Positions 61,665 through 64,000 of a stretch of 64,000 nt of DNA are shown here, piece by piece. The notes under the pieces were generated by a model. That model made no database searches. It saw nothing but the letters and a program-made list of their open reading frames with translations, and was not told the origin of the DNA. The stretch is from Octopus sinensis (lineage: Eukaryota), in contig NC_043000.1 of the NCBI RefSeq assembly GCF_006345805.1, positions 79,236,001 through 79,300,000 on the forward strand, in the 5' to 3' direction. Both the position numbers and the translations under genes were made by a program. Every line of letters begins with the position of its first letter. Position 1 is the first letter of the stretch.

Positions 61665-61811
61665 TATATATAGAGTTATTAATATCTAATGCTTTATTAA
61701 TTCTAGCAGTTGTTGGCTTTTCCTTCTGTCCCACCAATTATCTTTAAAATGGAAGAACATATTAAATAATGTAGTCCTGGATATACTGTATCTAAATAAG
61801 AGTAGCAATGG

Positions 61812-62270
61812 CATGGCTATGTGGTAAGAAGCTTGTTTTTCAATCATGTGGCTTCAGGTTCAGTCCCACTGTGTGGCACCTTGGGCAAGTGTTTTCTAAT
61901 ATAGCCTCAGGCTGACCAAAGTCTTGTTGAATGGATTTGGTAGATGGAAAATGAAAGAGGCCCATCATGTGTGTGTGTGTGTGTGCATGTGCATGTGTGC
62001 ATGTGCATGTGTGCATGTGCATGTATGCATGTACTCACACGTGTGTGTGAGTCTTTGTGTCTGTGTTTCTCCCCCACCACTCCTCGACAACCGGTTGTTA
62101 TGTTTATGTCCTTGTAACTTAGTGCTTTGACAAAAGAGACCCAATCAAAGAAGTACTCCGAGGCTTAAAAAAAAAAAATAAGCAGTGGGGTCGATTGTTT
62201 CAACTAAAAATTCTTCAAGATGGTGCCCCATCATGGTCACAGTCAAATGACTGAAACAAGTAAAATATAT
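61812..62270 (+). mobile_element. SINE family A
   Basis: ggcatggctatgtgg head, caggttcagtccc, ccttgggcaag, atgactgaaacaagtaaaa tail. Confidence 0.88.
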
Positions 62271-62755
62271 AAGATAAAGATAATGGTTATGGCTGGAGCA
62301 TTTTTGTTCATAAGTCAGCTGGATTAGAATTAATATAGAGTTAAATAACATTAAGATGGACAAAGAGGGAATTGCAAGGGTTGCTGTACTGTTGAAGAAG
62401 GAGAGGACTAAATGTTTAGACCAGGGTTTTGAGACACTGTAGAGATGCCAAGAAGGAGAGAGATAGTTTGGTACACAACTTGTTAGTTTTGAGAAACAGA
62501 AAATGTGGTGGTAGCATTGTAAAAGACAATGAGTAGATACAACAGATCGATTGGCCAAATGTTTGTAATGTATTGGTGAATGGAGGTTTGTCAATAAATT
62601 AAATAATCTTTTCAGTGAATGCCATCTAGTGTTTGTATGTGTCGAATCTGTACTGTGCAAAATATGTCACTTGTCTGTATAAAATACCATAGACCTTTGT
62701 GTATACATGTGTATGGTAGCAGCATTAAGGATCACAATTACAATTGATGACTTAC

Positions 62756-62822
62756 CTTTCAGGAAGTAACTCTGCTGGACAAAATCCTGTATATCTGGTG
62801 GTAACTTCTGAACAGGGATAGT
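62756..62822 (-). CDS. Host metalloprotease gene, first exon found (E1, 67 bp, phase 0-1): TIPVQKLPPDIQDFVQQSYFLK
   Basis: Acceptor ...ttcaactacag, donor AAAG|gtaagt, open frame; G|AA joins E2 in frame (YFLK-E-GFYSFVIVHPR). Signal-peptide exon not found, probably beyond 64000. Confidence 0.8.
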
Positions 62823-64000
62823 CTGTAGTTGAAGGAATTTGAAACCAAATCAGTGAATGATGCAGTTTGTAACATTTGATACATTTTTCAGTGGTGACGG
62901 TATTAGTTAGGTTTTGGATAAATAACAAAAGAGATGTTACTCAAGTTATTGAGACTATAATATGTCTATTGCTAACATTCTTACTGTGTCTATTCAGTTT
63001 TGTTGCAATTAGTTGCCATGAGTAGGTGCAATTATAAGCATGGAAAATGGTAAAATCGATCTCTGTAACTGCTAAGATCACAAATGTTAGGTCAGGGTAT
63101 TGACAATTAAATCAATCTCAGTATTTAACTGGCTCTTTAGTTTTACTGAAAATAGAAGGATAAAAAGTGGTGTTGACCTCAGTTGGATTTGAACTCAGAA
63201 CTGTGATAAATACTGCAGTGCATTTGTTTGACACACTACCAGTTCTCCCAATTTATTTCATTAACAAATAATGCTAAGTTCAAATTCTACTGTGGCCAAG
63301 AGAAAATAACAGAAAGCTCCTAGTTCTACTACTGAATCTAAGTCCTAGATTTGATTCTGCTGCTTGCAGTGACTGTTGTTTGCTTTACATTTAATCTATT
63401 CATCCACTATGAAGTGAATATCTTTCTTAGGAATCATAGGGTAGGGGCTTTACAATGTAGTATTCAGTGCACTGTATAACTGACAATTGTAATACTGGGT
63501 CAGTGCCAACATAGTATCTGATGTGAGCAGAACAATCTCTGGCTGCCTAGATCCCAATATTTTGTTGTTAGCATCCTCACACACAGAAGCTGATAGTATA
63601 CACTGATGACTGTAGTGAAAGTTCTGTATTCCAGAGAAATCATTTTTGATGTGTGCGTGCATGTGTGTGTGTGTGTGTGCACGCGCGCGCATGTGTGTGT
63701 GTATGTGTGTGTGTGTGCATGCGTGCGCGTGCGCATGTTACGTATGATGGTATAGAAGGGAAACTACTCTGATATATTCCCATAAACTCTATCTATTTAC
63801 TCCATTGCTCCTATGAACATTTTAGATCAAAATTCAAAAGACTATAGTTTCCTGTCAATGTTCTGTTTAGCAATATCAAGTGACTATGTTCAGTGATGTA
63901 TATTCGGCTTTGTTGCAAATAGTTCCCATGAATAAGTGTAATTGTAAGCGTGGATAAACTGGAAAATAGATTTCTAACATTGCTAAGGTCACAAATGCTA

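Overview
Eukaryotic, AT-rich, repeat-saturated genomic DNA. The repeat families and microsatellite load suggest an octopod cephalopod (inference from recognition, no search run). There are no prokaryotic features. The window is almost entirely intronic sequence of one minus-strand host gene that the ORF track misses: 8 phase-consistent exons plus one candidate 24-nt micro-exon, from 62822 down to 10878. They encode a secreted M12B/reprolysin (ADAMTS-like) zinc metalloprotease: prodomain, furin-type sites and catalytic domain up to AHELGH. The first exon and the 3' exons were not found in the window. The introns hold RTE, CR1, R4/Dong-like and Tx1-like LINEs, several Penelope-like elements (PLEs), at least four tRNA-type SINE families, one mariner, two DD37D Tc1/mariner derivatives and a rearranged Helitron. 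The most striking layer is about 17 hammerhead-ribozyme-like motifs in PLE pseudo-LTRs. Four are complete or nearly complete, several have non-canonical cores, and many sit in long inverted repeats or palindromes. All structures were read by eye. Repeat boundaries are approximate (about 10-50 bp); exon and ribozyme coordinates were indexed base by base.
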